IMG/VR virus record: IMGVR_UViG_3300006201_000015
Coordinates: 5,840 to 69,839 of that record
DNA: 64,000 bases
Direction: 5' to 3' (one strand)
DNA from: a virus
A model generated the notes under the pieces. That model saw only the letters and a list, made by a program, of their open reading frames with translations. It was not told where the DNA came from and searched no databases. This document shows, piece by piece, positions 47,433-56,159 of the stretch; position 1 is the first letter of the stretch, and every line of letters begins with the position of its first letter. Both the position numbers and the translations under genes were made by a program.

Positions 47433-47548
47433 TGCAGAGGGTAGGACTCGAACCTACGACACATAGTTCCCCATTATACATTGCTGTTAGTGAGGCTGTG
47501 CGCTCCACATTTTCTATACTATTGCTCTACCGACTGAGCTACCTCTGC
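47433..47548 (-). tRNA. tRNA-like gene with a ~43-nt insertion replacing the anticodon loop
   Basis: Acceptor GCAGAGG/CCTCTGC, D-arm GCTC-AGTCGGT-AGAGC, T-arm GTAGG-TTCGAGT-CCTAC, anticodon stem ATAGT/ACTAT around a 50-nt loop with hairpin and TCACTAACAGCAATG. Confidence 0.5.
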
Positions 47549-47664
47549 ATATTGGGAGGTTTTCATTGCTGCCTGTGTTTTTTCATTACACATATGAATG
47601 CGGGAACCTCCCAGGAACCGCCGTATTCATGATATTAGCGGACGCATTTTTTCCAAAATTTTAG

Positions 47665-47686
47665 AATGAATTGCTGTTAGCGTCCC
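47665..47686. repeat. left copy of a ~20-bp direct repeat (gaattgctgttagcgtccca) that carries the ACAGCAAT motif
   Basis: Identical sequence recurs at 48333-48355. Confidence 0.5.
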
Positions 47687-47966
47687 AGTTGATAACTTTT
47701 TCAATGTTGTGCCGGAAGCGGTAAGTATGATGTTATTGACATCACTTAGGGCTTGTCTCGTGCTTTGTTCATGCAGAGCCTCCTTAACTGCATCCCAATC
47801 TTCCGCACTTTTGTGGGCGGTTCACATTTTGAAACCTGTTGGGGCACCGCCCCATACGTTTCAGCAGCCGATTACATTACATTTTCCAAAGATAACTCAG
47901 ATGGTCTGGTCACGTGCTCTACTCATGGCACGAATCTCCTTTCTAAGAATTATCATAGCGGCTTTT

Positions 47967-47991
47967 AGGGGAGCCTACGGACTCGAACCGT
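47967..47991 (-). ncRNA. tRNA-like 3' half (T-arm TACGG-TTCGAGT-CCGTA plus acceptor 3' strand); 5' half not resolved
   Basis: Canonical T-arm. Upstream RNA contains CACGCACAGCAATTTAC, a variant of the insert motif. Confidence 0.3.
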
Positions 47992-48170
47992 AGAGGAAAA
48001 GATTTGCAGTCTTCTTGTATAGTAAATTGCTGTGCGTGTCCGCCGCCCGTTACACGGTATGGCCTGCCACCCGACGCTCCCATATTGCTCGTCTTTCCGA
48101 GCTGTCAGCGGTCTTTCCCGCCGTCAAGAAAGGGGGCTTACAATGTACGCTATGCCGCTCACCACACGGC

Positions 48171-48261
48171 TGGCGGAGAGGGTGGGACTTGAACCCACAC
48201 GCCCTTGCGGGTTACTGGCACCTTAGCAGGATGCTTCCTTACCAATTAGGATTACCCCTCC
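48171..48261 (-). tRNA. tRNA-Ser (anticodon GCU), class II with long variable arm, CCA encoded
   Basis: Acceptor GGAGGGG/CCTCTCC, anticodon arm GCATC-CTGCTAA-GGTGC, long variable arm, T-arm GTGGG-TTCAAGT-CCCAC. Confidence 0.8.
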
Positions 48262-48332
48262 ATATGTGGCGATTTCCGCCACCACGGGACGCATTTTCAA
48301 CTGGATGAATTAAATGTTCATTGTTTTGAAAT

Positions 48333-48355
48333 TGCTGTTAGCGTCCCAAAACAAA
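48333..48355. repeat. right copy of the ~20-bp direct repeat (aaattgctgttagcgtccca)
   Basis: Matches 47665-47686. Confidence 0.5.
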
Positions 48356-48364
48356 ATGCTCGTT

Positions 48365-48691
48365 TTATTCAGTAGTTTCGCCGTCGCCGGCACCAGTAGT
48401 CTCCTCAGCATAATGCGGATTGAGGAGCTTAGAGAAATTGCTGATGATAGCCGCGTTGTTCTGACGCTGTGTGGACATGGTTTCCCGTGTCTTTACAAGG
48501 TCGGCCATATAGGTGTCGATCTCGGTCATGCCGTCGTCGATCTGCTGGTTGATGAGTTCCAGTCGAGAGATAGTGCGGGTTACGATTTCAACCGCATCGT
48601 CCGCCTGCCGTTCCAGTCGGTTAATTTCCTGCTGCTTTTCCCTCAGAATGTCATGTGAACTGGAAGAGGTAGTCTTCTTTCCAAAAGCCAT
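48365..48691 (-). CDS. hypothetical coiled-coil protein
   Basis: 108 aa, heptad-like charged sequence. Confidence 0.3.
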   Translation of the reverse strand: MAFGKKTTSSSSHDILREKQQEINRLERQADDAVEIVTRTISRLELINQQIDDGMTEIDTYMADLVKTRETMSTQRQNNAAIISNFSKLLNPHYAEETTGAGDGETTE

Positions 48692-48704
48692 ATTGCTCTC
48701 CTCC

Positions 48705-49637
48705 TTAATTCATGCCGGGGATGGATACGATAGCGTTAGAACCAGACACCGTAGGCATCTTACCATCCCACTGTTCGTATTTGATCTTCTCAATCAGCTC
48801 AGGAGTGAGAGAGGAAGCAATTTCACGGTTAGCCTGAGCCTCTGCCTCTGCCGCAATCCGAACAACTTCCGCCTCGGCATTCGCTTTAACGATAGCAGTC
48901 TCTGCTTGAATCTCAGCGGCCTCCTTATCCTTCTGTGCCTGAATCATAGCGACTTCCTTGTCTTTGTTAGCCTGGATTTTGGCGGTCTGAGCCTCAATAT
49001 TTGCCAGTTCCAGTTCCTGCTGGGCAGTTACTTTCTTCTGAATAGCCGCTGCCGTTTCAGAATCCACGGAGATGTCAGTAAAGTTCACCGTATCAATGAT
49101 AATGCCGTACTTGTCAAACTTCTCCTTGAGGTACAGATCCAATTCCGCATTGATGGCTGTGCGTTTATCGCCAAAGATGTCTGTAACGGGATAGTTGGCA
49201 CTGACTTCCTGTGTCCATGCGATAATCTTGGGCTTAATAAAGGTATCCTTGATTTCCTCGCCAGACTTGCCCTTAAAGGTAACAAATGTGCTTGCTACAC
49301 GCGCCTCATCGAAGCGGTAGGAGAACTCCAGATTAACTCGGACTGTCTTACCATCCGATGTGGGAATACTGAAACTCTCGTCGTTCTTGCTGTCTCCCTT
49401 ATCGTCGGATGTCAGGTAGCTTTGCTCAATGCCGATGGAATAGGTAGTGACCTTTTTGGTGGGCGCTACCAAATTCCAGCCCTGGGATAGAACCTCACCG
49501 TCTACACCACCGTTCATGTTGTAAACCACTCCGACGTAACCTGCGGGCACACGGCTGGTACACAGCAGAGCCAGGATAATACCGCCAAAAATTAGGACAG
49601 CCAGAACGATCGCTCCAATGAAACCTTTCTTTCTCAT
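48705..49637 (-). CDS. SPFH/band-7 (prohibitin/stomatin-like) membrane protein
   Basis: N-terminal TM helix, SPFH core, long Ala/Glu-rich coiled-coil tail. Confidence 0.8.
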   Translation of the reverse strand: MRKKGFIGAIVLAVLIFGGIILALLCTSRVPAGYVGVVYNMNGGVDGEVLSQGWNLVAPTKKVTTYSIGIEQSYLTSDDKGDSKNDESFSIPTSDGKTVRVNLEFSYRFDEARVASTFVTFKGKSGEEIKDTFIKPKIIAWTQEVSANYPVTDIFGDKRTAINAELDLYLKEKFDKYGIIIDTVNFTDISVDSETAAAIQKKVTAQQELELANIEAQTAKIQANKDKEVAMIQAQKDKEAAEIQAETAIVKANAEAEVVRIAAEAEAQANREIASSLTPELIEKIKYEQWDGKMPTVSGSNAIVSIPGMN

Positions 49638-49656
49638 AGTGTTCTTTTACCTCCGT

Positions 49657-49823
49657 CAGTTTTTATTTGCTGTGTCGTCTTCGCTGGGATCTTCCTCGTC
49701 CATTGCGTCTTTTGCATCCTTCCAAACTCGTCCGACAAAACGACCGAGCGGCCTAAATACGAATGATAGCAGCACCCACAGCACAGCCGCTAACACAAAG
49801 ACCAGGAAAATGAATACCGGCAT
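49657..49823 (-). CDS. small membrane protein co-transcribed with the SPFH gene (NfeD-like partner?)
   Basis: 55-aa ORF MPVFIFLVFVLAAVLWVLLSFVF..., not in the track (<60 aa). The usual SD is replaced by a G9 tract. Confidence 0.35.
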
Positions 49824-49850
49824 CTCTACCCCCCCCCATAAGCATACATT

Positions 49851-49870
49851 GATTTTGTTCGTTATTATGC
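49851..49870 (-). promoter_or_regulatory. conserved leader motif copy 12 (followed by a G9 tract instead of an SD)
   Basis: gattttgttcgttattatgc. Confidence 0.45.
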
Positions 49871-49895
49871 TAATCCTAAAACGGCTTTCGCCGCT

Positions 49896-50849
49896 TTAGG
49901 AGAATAGCTGTTTGTACAGCGTATAGTCCCGTATCCGTTCACGAAGACGCTTGCCAGGATCTGCCTTGTTTTGCTTCTGAGTAAAATCCTCACAGAATAC
50001 ATTGGCTGCAAACTCAGGATCGCTCAAATCAAAATTGTTGTTTTCACATTCCAGCATATACGCTCGATAGAATATACCAGACTGACGAGCAGTATCGAAC
50101 CGCAAAGAGTAGGTGTGATCCATCACCTTATCCATTCGACTGAGACTGGCCCGCATTTGAAAGACGCTTACTTGGTGGCTATCCTCAGTCCGAATCAGAT
50201 AATCCGAATACATATACTTTCGGAAAATAATCCCTCTACCTTTTGTGTTGAACCCCTCAGCGTCCCGCAGACGAACCAACAAGTCTGTCAAGAAATAGGG
50301 CATCTCAATTTTCTGACCATTCAGTATAATTCCGTCTTCCAGAACAGCTGTTTTGGGAAGCGTCAGAACCTGTTCCTCAGTCAATCCATACCAGGCCAAA
50401 TAGAGAACGGCACTGGGTACATCGTACATCGTCTCGTCCACTCGATCCGCAGCTTTGACCGTATCCTCGATCGCTTCGCGCAGATGATTGAGATTTTTGA
50501 AGTAACGGATACGGTCTGTCCCGCCCTTGATGCTCAAATCATCCGCTGTAATACCAGCTAAAATAGTTTCGTGTTCAGCTGGTAACGCTCCGCGTGCAAT
50601 CAGATATCGGATATAGAATACAACAACCTTTTTGTCATTGTAAAAAGTGCTGGAACAGCGGGCTAACGCAAAGTTAAACAGTGCGATATATTCCTCTCTG
50701 GTGTATCCATCGTCAAGAGTTTTACCGATGCTCTCCTCAAACGCTCTAACTTTGTTCCAAGTCTTGGTGAAGTGCTTCGGGTGAGAGAAAGAGGTATAAC
50801 CTCCATCGGCATCCTCAAAAAATTGTGTTCGGTTCATGGTGCCCTCCAT
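49896..50849 (-). CDS. hypothetical protein (317 aa)
   Basis: Long ORF. Weak resemblance to recombinase/SAM-like regions only. Confidence 0.3.
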   Translation of the reverse strand: MEGTMNRTQFFEDADGGYTSFSHPKHFTKTWNKVRAFEESIGKTLDDGYTREEYIALFNFALARCSSTFYNDKKVVVFYIRYLIARGALPAEHETILAGITADDLSIKGGTDRIRYFKNLNHLREAIEDTVKAADRVDETMYDVPSAVLYLAWYGLTEEQVLTLPKTAVLEDGIILNGQKIEMPYFLTDLLVRLRDAEGFNTKGRGIIFRKYMYSDYLIRTEDSHQVSVFQMRASLSRMDKVMDHTYSLRFDTARQSGIFYRAYMLECENNNFDLSDPEFAANVFCEDFTQKQNKADPGKRLRERIRDYTLYKQLFS

Positions 50850-50957
50850 TTCCCTCTAACGATCTCTCATGCCATTATACTACCACAAGTTTCTGCCGTT
50901 GTCAATAGCAAATAACAAAATCATTGAAAATTTTTTGGGGGAGGAGCGCCAGCCTGC

Positions 50958-51413
50958 TTATTCCAGCAATCGACGGGAAAGATATGCCCTTTCCTGAATA
51001 GGCAACGCCATCAGCGGTTTCAGCAGTCGGCGATAATCGGCGGCGACTTGCCTCCATCCCATATAGTTGGCCTGCTCGAAGCCCAGCCAATAGGTATCAA
51101 GCCCTGTATCCTGTTGGTTGAAAAACTGATCCAGTAGGGTCATAATTTCTTGATTGGTTGCCTCCATAGGCCGGCGGAACTGCTTGCCATTTCTCTCAAC
51201 TACCAGAGCCAACATAGCGCCCTGGATAGGCTGAACATTTACCTGGAGGAAAGCGCTGGATACCGAGGACATTTGCTCCGGAAGAGTGCCACTGTACGGG
51301 AGCATGATATCCTGTGAATTTGCACTATGCAGTTTGATTGCACCGGTATCCAGCTCAAAACCACCGAAATCTTCCACCAGGCTATTGACGATTCTCATAT
51401 TGCACTCCTCCAA
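50958..51413 (-). CDS. hypothetical protein
   Basis: 151-aa ORF. Confidence 0.3.
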   Translation of the reverse strand: MEECNMRIVNSLVEDFGGFELDTGAIKLHSANSQDIMLPYSGTLPEQMSSVSSAFLQVNVQPIQGAMLALVVERNGKQFRRPMEATNQEIMTLLDQFFNQQDTGLDTYWLGFEQANYMGWRQVAADYRRLLKPLMALPIQERAYLSRRLLE

Positions 51414-51581
51414 TTTTTATAGTTTTGGGTTGACATACCCGAAAATATGTGATATACTATCCTCGATATCACGAATAGTTTCGTGTCTGGTGATTACTAT
51501 ACCAGCATTTTCTCGTGATGTCAAGTGGTTTTCACGATTTTTTTCGTGACTTTGCAGATTTTTCTGTTTGGGGGTTGTGTT

Positions 51582-51947
51582 ATGGACTCTATCATTTTTA
51601 CGAGAATTAAAGATTTGTGCGCTGAAAACGATATCACAGTCAACAAACTGGAAACCGAACTTGGTATGAGCCAGTATTCTATTGGCAGGTGGAAAAACGC
51701 TACCAGCCCGACAATCGAAAAAATTTCCAAGATTGCAAAATATTTTGATGTTTCTATTGACTATCTCGTGGGCGCTACCGACATCCGCACACCTATTGAT
51801 ACTGTTATGTGCGATCAAGACTTTGTTTCCCTGCAACGCGCCAGAGAACGGATGACAGATCGGGACAAGAGCCGCATGATGGCAATGCTGAAGGTTGGTT
51901 TTGACTACGCATTTTCTGATGAAAAGTCCGATAAATCGGACACCTGA
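51582..51947 (+). CDS. XRE-family HTH transcriptional regulator
   Basis: IKDLCAENDITVNKLETELGMSQYSIGRWKN helix-turn-helix. Confidence 0.7.
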   Translation: MDSIIFTRIKDLCAENDITVNKLETELGMSQYSIGRWKNATSPTIEKISKIAKYFDVSIDYLVGATDIRTPIDTVMCDQDFVSLQRARERMTDRDKSRMMAMLKVGFDYAFSDEKSDKSDT

Positions 51948-52011
51948 TATGTTATACTGAGTTCTCCAACATGGAGAGTCTGTCATTTTCCAGTTAGGAG
52001 GGGAGGTCTAA

Positions 52012-52611
52012 ATGGTCAGAACGGCATTTATACAGCGCAAGGTGTTGGAATTATATCAGCTTATGGATACCATTTCCTATCCTATTCAACCGCAAAAGAT
52101 TATCCCTTGTATCCCCAAAAGCTGCCGTATCCTTACCTATCAAACAATGGCCGAACTGAATCGCTGTTCTATCCGTGATATTGCTATCATGTGTAAAAGC
52201 AACTCCGGTGCGACCCATCATGATGTGGAACAGAACAGATATTTGATTCTCTATAACGCATCCATGAATCAGGGTAGGATTTTGTGGACACTCTGCCATG
52301 AAGTTGGTCATATCTGTATTGGCCATCTTGAAACGATTGAGGAGGCTGAAATTGCCTATACGGATTGGCGGGAGCCATACGATCAGTTTGAAAGCGAGGC
52401 TGATTACTTCGCATGGAATATGATTGCTCCACTACCGATTATGCGCGAAATGGGCATCCGTACCGTTACGGAGATTCAAACTGTGTTTGGCCTATCATCC
52501 CAAGCTGCGGCACTTCAATATGACCGATACACAAAATGGTGCCGAAGCCACATAAAAACTGCGTGGGAAAACAATATGTTACGAGAGTTCCGCACTAAGC
52601 ACAAATGTTGA
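52012..52611 (+). CDS. ImmA/IrrE-family zinc metallopeptidase
   Basis: HEVGH (HExxH) within LWTLCHEVGHICIGHLE. Paired with the XRE gene. Confidence 0.7.
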   Translation: MVRTAFIQRKVLELYQLMDTISYPIQPQKIIPCIPKSCRILTYQTMAELNRCSIRDIAIMCKSNSGATHHDVEQNRYLILYNASMNQGRILWTLCHEVGHICIGHLETIEEAEIAYTDWREPYDQFESEADYFAWNMIAPLPIMREMGIRTVTEIQTVFGLSSQAAALQYDRYTKWCRSHIKTAWENNMLREFRTKHKC

Positions 52612-52641
52612 CCACAGGAGCCGCCCTCTTTCGAGGGCGGC
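52611..52641 (+). terminator. rho-independent terminator
   Basis: GCCGCCCTC-tttc-GAGGGCGGC followed by TTTTTCTTC. Confidence 0.6.
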
Positions 52642-52648
52642 TTTTTCT

Positions 52649-53029
52649 TCACGCCCGAAACACAATAGACTCCTTTTGAGGTGCCATTTGATGATACACC
52701 TCCTGTATAGCCTCCCACAACTGATCTTCCGTACAATATTTCATATATTCCTGATGTGCGTACTCAGCACGCTCCTCATGATTCAACTTCCGATATTCGT
52801 ACAGATCTCTTACTTGAGCCGCTATGCTGATAGGCTTTCGCTTTCGGAACGGCGTGATATAGATGTCCTCAATCCTATATGTGCAGTTTCCGTGATAATC
52901 CAACATTGTTCTAACAACGATTTCAACACGTTCCTTTTTCTCGTTTATAAATGTCATATTGACACCTCCATTATTCAATCTTTTGTTCACCCCAAGCGAT
53001 GTAGGACTTTCCATCCTCATCCACCTCAC
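52649..53029 (-). CDS. hypothetical protein
   Basis: 126-aa ORF. Confidence 0.3.
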   Translation of the reverse strand: MRWMRMESPTSLGVNKRLNNGGVNMTFINEKKERVEIVVRTMLDYHGNCTYRIEDIYITPFRKRKPISIAAQVRDLYEYRKLNHEERAEYAHQEYMKYCTEDQLWEAIQEVYHQMAPQKESIVFRA

Positions 53030-56024
53030 GAGACATGAGGAGGCTCATCAAATCGTAGTCCACGCCGAATCTGTCATAAATCTCGTCCAAATCGACATCC
53101 TGCCCTTTCATGAAGAGGTTCAGCTTTTCTTTGGAAAGAACCATCTGCATCTGATTTGACTCAATGCTTCCAGCGTGTGTAATGAAATAGATATCCTTCC
53201 AGTCCGTTGAAGTAAAGCGGACAAACCGCATATAAAACTGGCTCATCCGAGCGTTGTTGTAGTGCAACTCTGGAATCAATATCTTATTCACGAACTCAAA
53301 GTTGACGGAGGAGGGGAGGCACTGCTGCGTGCAAAGCAGAATGCCATTCCCACTGTCCTTGAGCGTCTGTTTCAGCTTTCGGCGTCCGGCCAGTGTAGTC
53401 GTGCTGCCAGTAACTACAAACAATGGACGGTCTGGGAAACATCGGCGAATCTCATCTGCATATGCGGCCACAACATTCTTGTGACGAACACCAATCACCA
53501 CGATCTCATTTTTCCACCCATCCAGCATGGAGCAGACTTTTTCTATCTTGGTTGGTGTCTTGTCGCTGTTATACTCTTCCACAGTGTTGGGCGCAGCAGA
53601 AATTCTGAGTAGTAAAGTAATCTGCTGAATCAACGCCATCATGCTGTCCTTACGGCTGTTACCAGTAAGAGCAAAGTAGTGCTGCCGCATGAAATAAAAC
53701 TCCTCCACCGCTTTCTTATAAACCGCTTGTTCCGCAAGGGAAAAAGAAACCTGCACCTGATGAATACGACGGATCTCTTTTCCGGTGATTTCCGCAAACG
53801 TCCGAGTAATGACGGAATAGGACAGAATTTTGTTTAGTGCCTCAGCGTTGAAAATATCCTGGTTTTTCTTACCCACTCCAAAAACTGTAATTTTCTCCGG
53901 CAGATGGGACTCAGCAAAGAGTGTGTAACCTGGTTTATAGGCGGGGATGGGTTTTCCATAGAAGGGGTTGTTTGAAATGCTCAAATAGTCCTTGCCATCG
54001 CTACCCTTCTCGTAATAATAGAGCGAATCCGCCCAGGATATCATGTTGTAAGAGTTGTTGTAGAGCAGTTCCAACTGAGGAGCACTCTCCGAAATATTGT
54101 TGCGGGTAACGGTGCCGGTCATTGCCAGCTTAAAACGCACTTTCCGAAAGCAATCCAGCACAGCCTTAGTACGCTTGCTGTTAGGGTTAGTCATCTCGTC
54201 CGATTCATCAAAGACCAGGCAAACATTTCTGTTCCTAATTTTGATGTGGCGTTTAACTTGTTTCCGATACTTGGAAAGCATATTCAAAGTGATAATGACG
54301 AACTCTCCATCCTGCACTGTGTTCAAATCAGCAAGGTTACGGATCATTCGATAGTTGGTCATGCCATAATTCTTGAATACCAAATCCCAGTTATTCTTGA
54401 TGGAGATAGCTGTTGATACTACCCAGACATTCCTTGCCCCTTGGTGTTCCATCCGATACCGGCCAGTAGAGATACCAGCCAGCGTCTTACCGCCACCCTG
54501 TTCCCACTGCAGCAGGTGATAGTGCTTTTGAAGTACAAGGTTCAAATCGTGGCGTTGGATTTCATTGAGGTATATCCATTCTTCGTTTTCCTGATCGTAA
54601 ACGGTAAACTCCGACAGAAAACGGGCAATCTCAGCGTTCTCCTCCATATCCGCAAAAGGCTTTGTTTCCCGTTCATAATTTCTCTGCTTACGCCGAATGA
54701 GGCGGGCAAAAGGCTCCAATCCCGTATTTTCTACCTGTCCCGAAGCGAGAGCGTAAAAAGGGATAGGCTCTTTCATATCTGGGGTCATGGTCTGCCGAGC
54801 TTTTTTACTGTATCCTTTGTGGATCAGTCCGCTGTCCTGCTTGACCAGCCGCACGATATCACGGTCGGGCTTTCTGTTCTGAGAGCGGATAACTCGACGA
54901 AGGTAGGCCAAAACCTTGGGCTGGGTAATGCGGATTTTTGCCCACTCTTCATACTTCATTCCGTCTGGCTGTTTCTGATTTTCAAAACGGTAAAGATATT
55001 CCTGGCATTTCGCATATTTGTCTACCAGTTTGGGATTGTTCTTAATGTGGTACAACATTTTCTGTACCTGATAATGAAAATCATCTTCGTTTTCACCACG
55101 AGATACCAGCTTAACACGGGTGCGCTCTGAAGACATCCGCTCCTTTGCTTGTTTGATAATTGCCTCCTGAACCACATCGAGCAGGTCGCTGGCGTGCTCC
55201 ATACTGGAAATGTTGAACCAATTAGCGGTATTCAGCTCATATTGGTTTCCAGTCTCCTCATCGGTCAGCTTGCGCTGCCAAAAGAGAATTTTAGTGGCAT
55301 AGTCCTCTACACCCAAGGACTTAAAAGCGTCTTTCTGGACTGAAACCTGCCCTAAGAAGCTGAACAACTTCTCCAGTTCATTCCGCTTGGCGCTGTCCAA
55401 ATAATCATCAGCCAGAAAAGAGGCAGGAACGACGATAGCCATAATCCCCAAGGGCTTTAACAGCTGGGCGGCTTTCAGGCAGTAGTACATCTGAGAAATG
55501 ATTTCCCCCTGTGGTGTGTCCCATTTCAGATTAAACGGCGGATTTCCCACGATGTAGTCAAAACGCATATCTGGCTCGTAGAAACGGATATCCTTGTGTT
55601 CCAGATTTGCGGTAGGGTAGAGGTAATGCGCTACCTTGTGAGATTTGATATCCAGCTCGCACCCATAGAAGTTTGCCTCTACTGGCATATAGTTACAAAA
55701 GTTAGCAATTCCAGAAGTGAGATCAGCCACAGTCTCTCCCATTCCAACGCCCAGCACATTCATGATGAACTGGCACAGAACTGGAGGGGTAAAAAATTGG
55801 CCGTTTTCGATTTCTTTCTTAGCCTCAGAGAACTCGTAATAGTTGGCGAAATCAGAACGCTTCAGGCCATGCAGCCCACCGTCCCCAGTGTAGGCGTTGA
55901 AAATATCCTCACGGGTAATTCCCTCACGCTCCGCCAGATCCTGATCGACAAGGTAGAGAATCTTTTCATTCAGTTCCTGACGGGCCTCCTGTGGGATTCT
56001 CTCATTGTGAAACGTGTATTTCAT
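52971..56024 (-). CDS. fusion of N6-adenine DNA methyltransferase and SNF2-family helicase
   Basis: NPPF motif (IVGNPPFNLKW) and FxGxG-like segment in the N-terminal third. Walker A GGGKTLAG and DESDEM box in the C-terminal helicase part. Start set at MKYTFHN, behind the leader motif. Confidence 0.7.
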   Translation of the reverse strand: MKYTFHNERIPQEARQELNEKILYLVDQDLAEREGITREDIFNAYTGDGGLHGLKRSDFANYYEFSEAKKEIENGQFFTPPVLCQFIMNVLGVGMGETVADLTSGIANFCNYMPVEANFYGCELDIKSHKVAHYLYPTANLEHKDIRFYEPDMRFDYIVGNPPFNLKWDTPQGEIISQMYYCLKAAQLLKPLGIMAIVVPASFLADDYLDSAKRNELEKLFSFLGQVSVQKDAFKSLGVEDYATKILFWQRKLTDEETGNQYELNTANWFNISSMEHASDLLDVVQEAIIKQAKERMSSERTRVKLVSRGENEDDFHYQVQKMLYHIKNNPKLVDKYAKCQEYLYRFENQKQPDGMKYEEWAKIRITQPKVLAYLRRVIRSQNRKPDRDIVRLVKQDSGLIHKGYSKKARQTMTPDMKEPIPFYALASGQVENTGLEPFARLIRRKQRNYERETKPFADMEENAEIARFLSEFTVYDQENEEWIYLNEIQRHDLNLVLQKHYHLLQWEQGGGKTLAGISTGRYRMEHQGARNVWVVSTAISIKNNWDLVFKNYGMTNYRMIRNLADLNTVQDGEFVIITLNMLSKYRKQVKRHIKIRNRNVCLVFDESDEMTNPNSKRTKAVLDCFRKVRFKLAMTGTVTRNNISESAPQLELLYNNSYNMISWADSLYYYEKGSDGKDYLSISNNPFYGKPIPAYKPGYTLFAESHLPEKITVFGVGKKNQDIFNAEALNKILSYSVITRTFAEITGKEIRRIHQVQVSFSLAEQAVYKKAVEEFYFMRQHYFALTGNSRKDSMMALIQQITLLLRISAAPNTVEEYNSDKTPTKIEKVCSMLDGWKNEIVVIGVRHKNVVAAYADEIRRCFPDRPLFVVTGSTTTLAGRRKLKQTLKDSGNGILLCTQQCLPSSVNFEFVNKILIPELHYNNARMSQFYMRFVRFTSTDWKDIYFITHAGSIESNQMQMVLSKEKLNLFMKGQDVDLDEIYDRFGVDYDLMSLLMSREVDEDGKSYIAWGEQKIE

Positions 56025-56038
56025 ACAGTCACCACCTT

Positions 56039-56058
56039 GATTTTGTTCGTTATTATAA
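56039..56058 (-). promoter_or_regulatory. conserved leader motif copy 13
   Basis: gattttgttcgttattataa, upstream of the methyltransferase-helicase gene. Confidence 0.5.
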
Positions 56059-56136
56059 AAAGTTGTGGATGGAGGCTTTTGAGTAGAGTCCTCCAAGAAC
56101 CACGCCCCTATTCTTATTACAGAGGCAATTCAAATC

Positions 56137-56145
56137 TTGCTAACC
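56137..56145 (-). promoter_or_regulatory. GGTTAGCAAA-type promoter-like motif (coding strand), copy 1
   Basis: ttgctaacc on plus. A TGTAAT-like -10 element lies about 17 nt downstream on the coding strand. Confidence 0.4.
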
Positions 56146-56159
56146 ATGAAAGAGTAATT

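Noticed and set aside
46475-47548. Group I or archaeal BHB introns in the tRNA-like genes
   Set aside because: The inserts are only ~43-50 nt, far below self-splicing intron size, and no BHB context is expected in bacteria or phage. They are reported instead as an unexplained conserved insert.
47709-48308. Short plus-strand ORFs inside the tRNA region (47709-47993, 48004-48308)
   Set aside because: They overlap tRNA and repeat structures. Their composition is odd, they lack an RBS and are not conserved-looking. They are likely spurious.
46400-48400. CRISPR array suggested by the recurring attgctgttag motif
   Set aside because: The copies are not regularly spaced, have no conserved repeat-spacer architecture, and sit inside tRNA-like structures.
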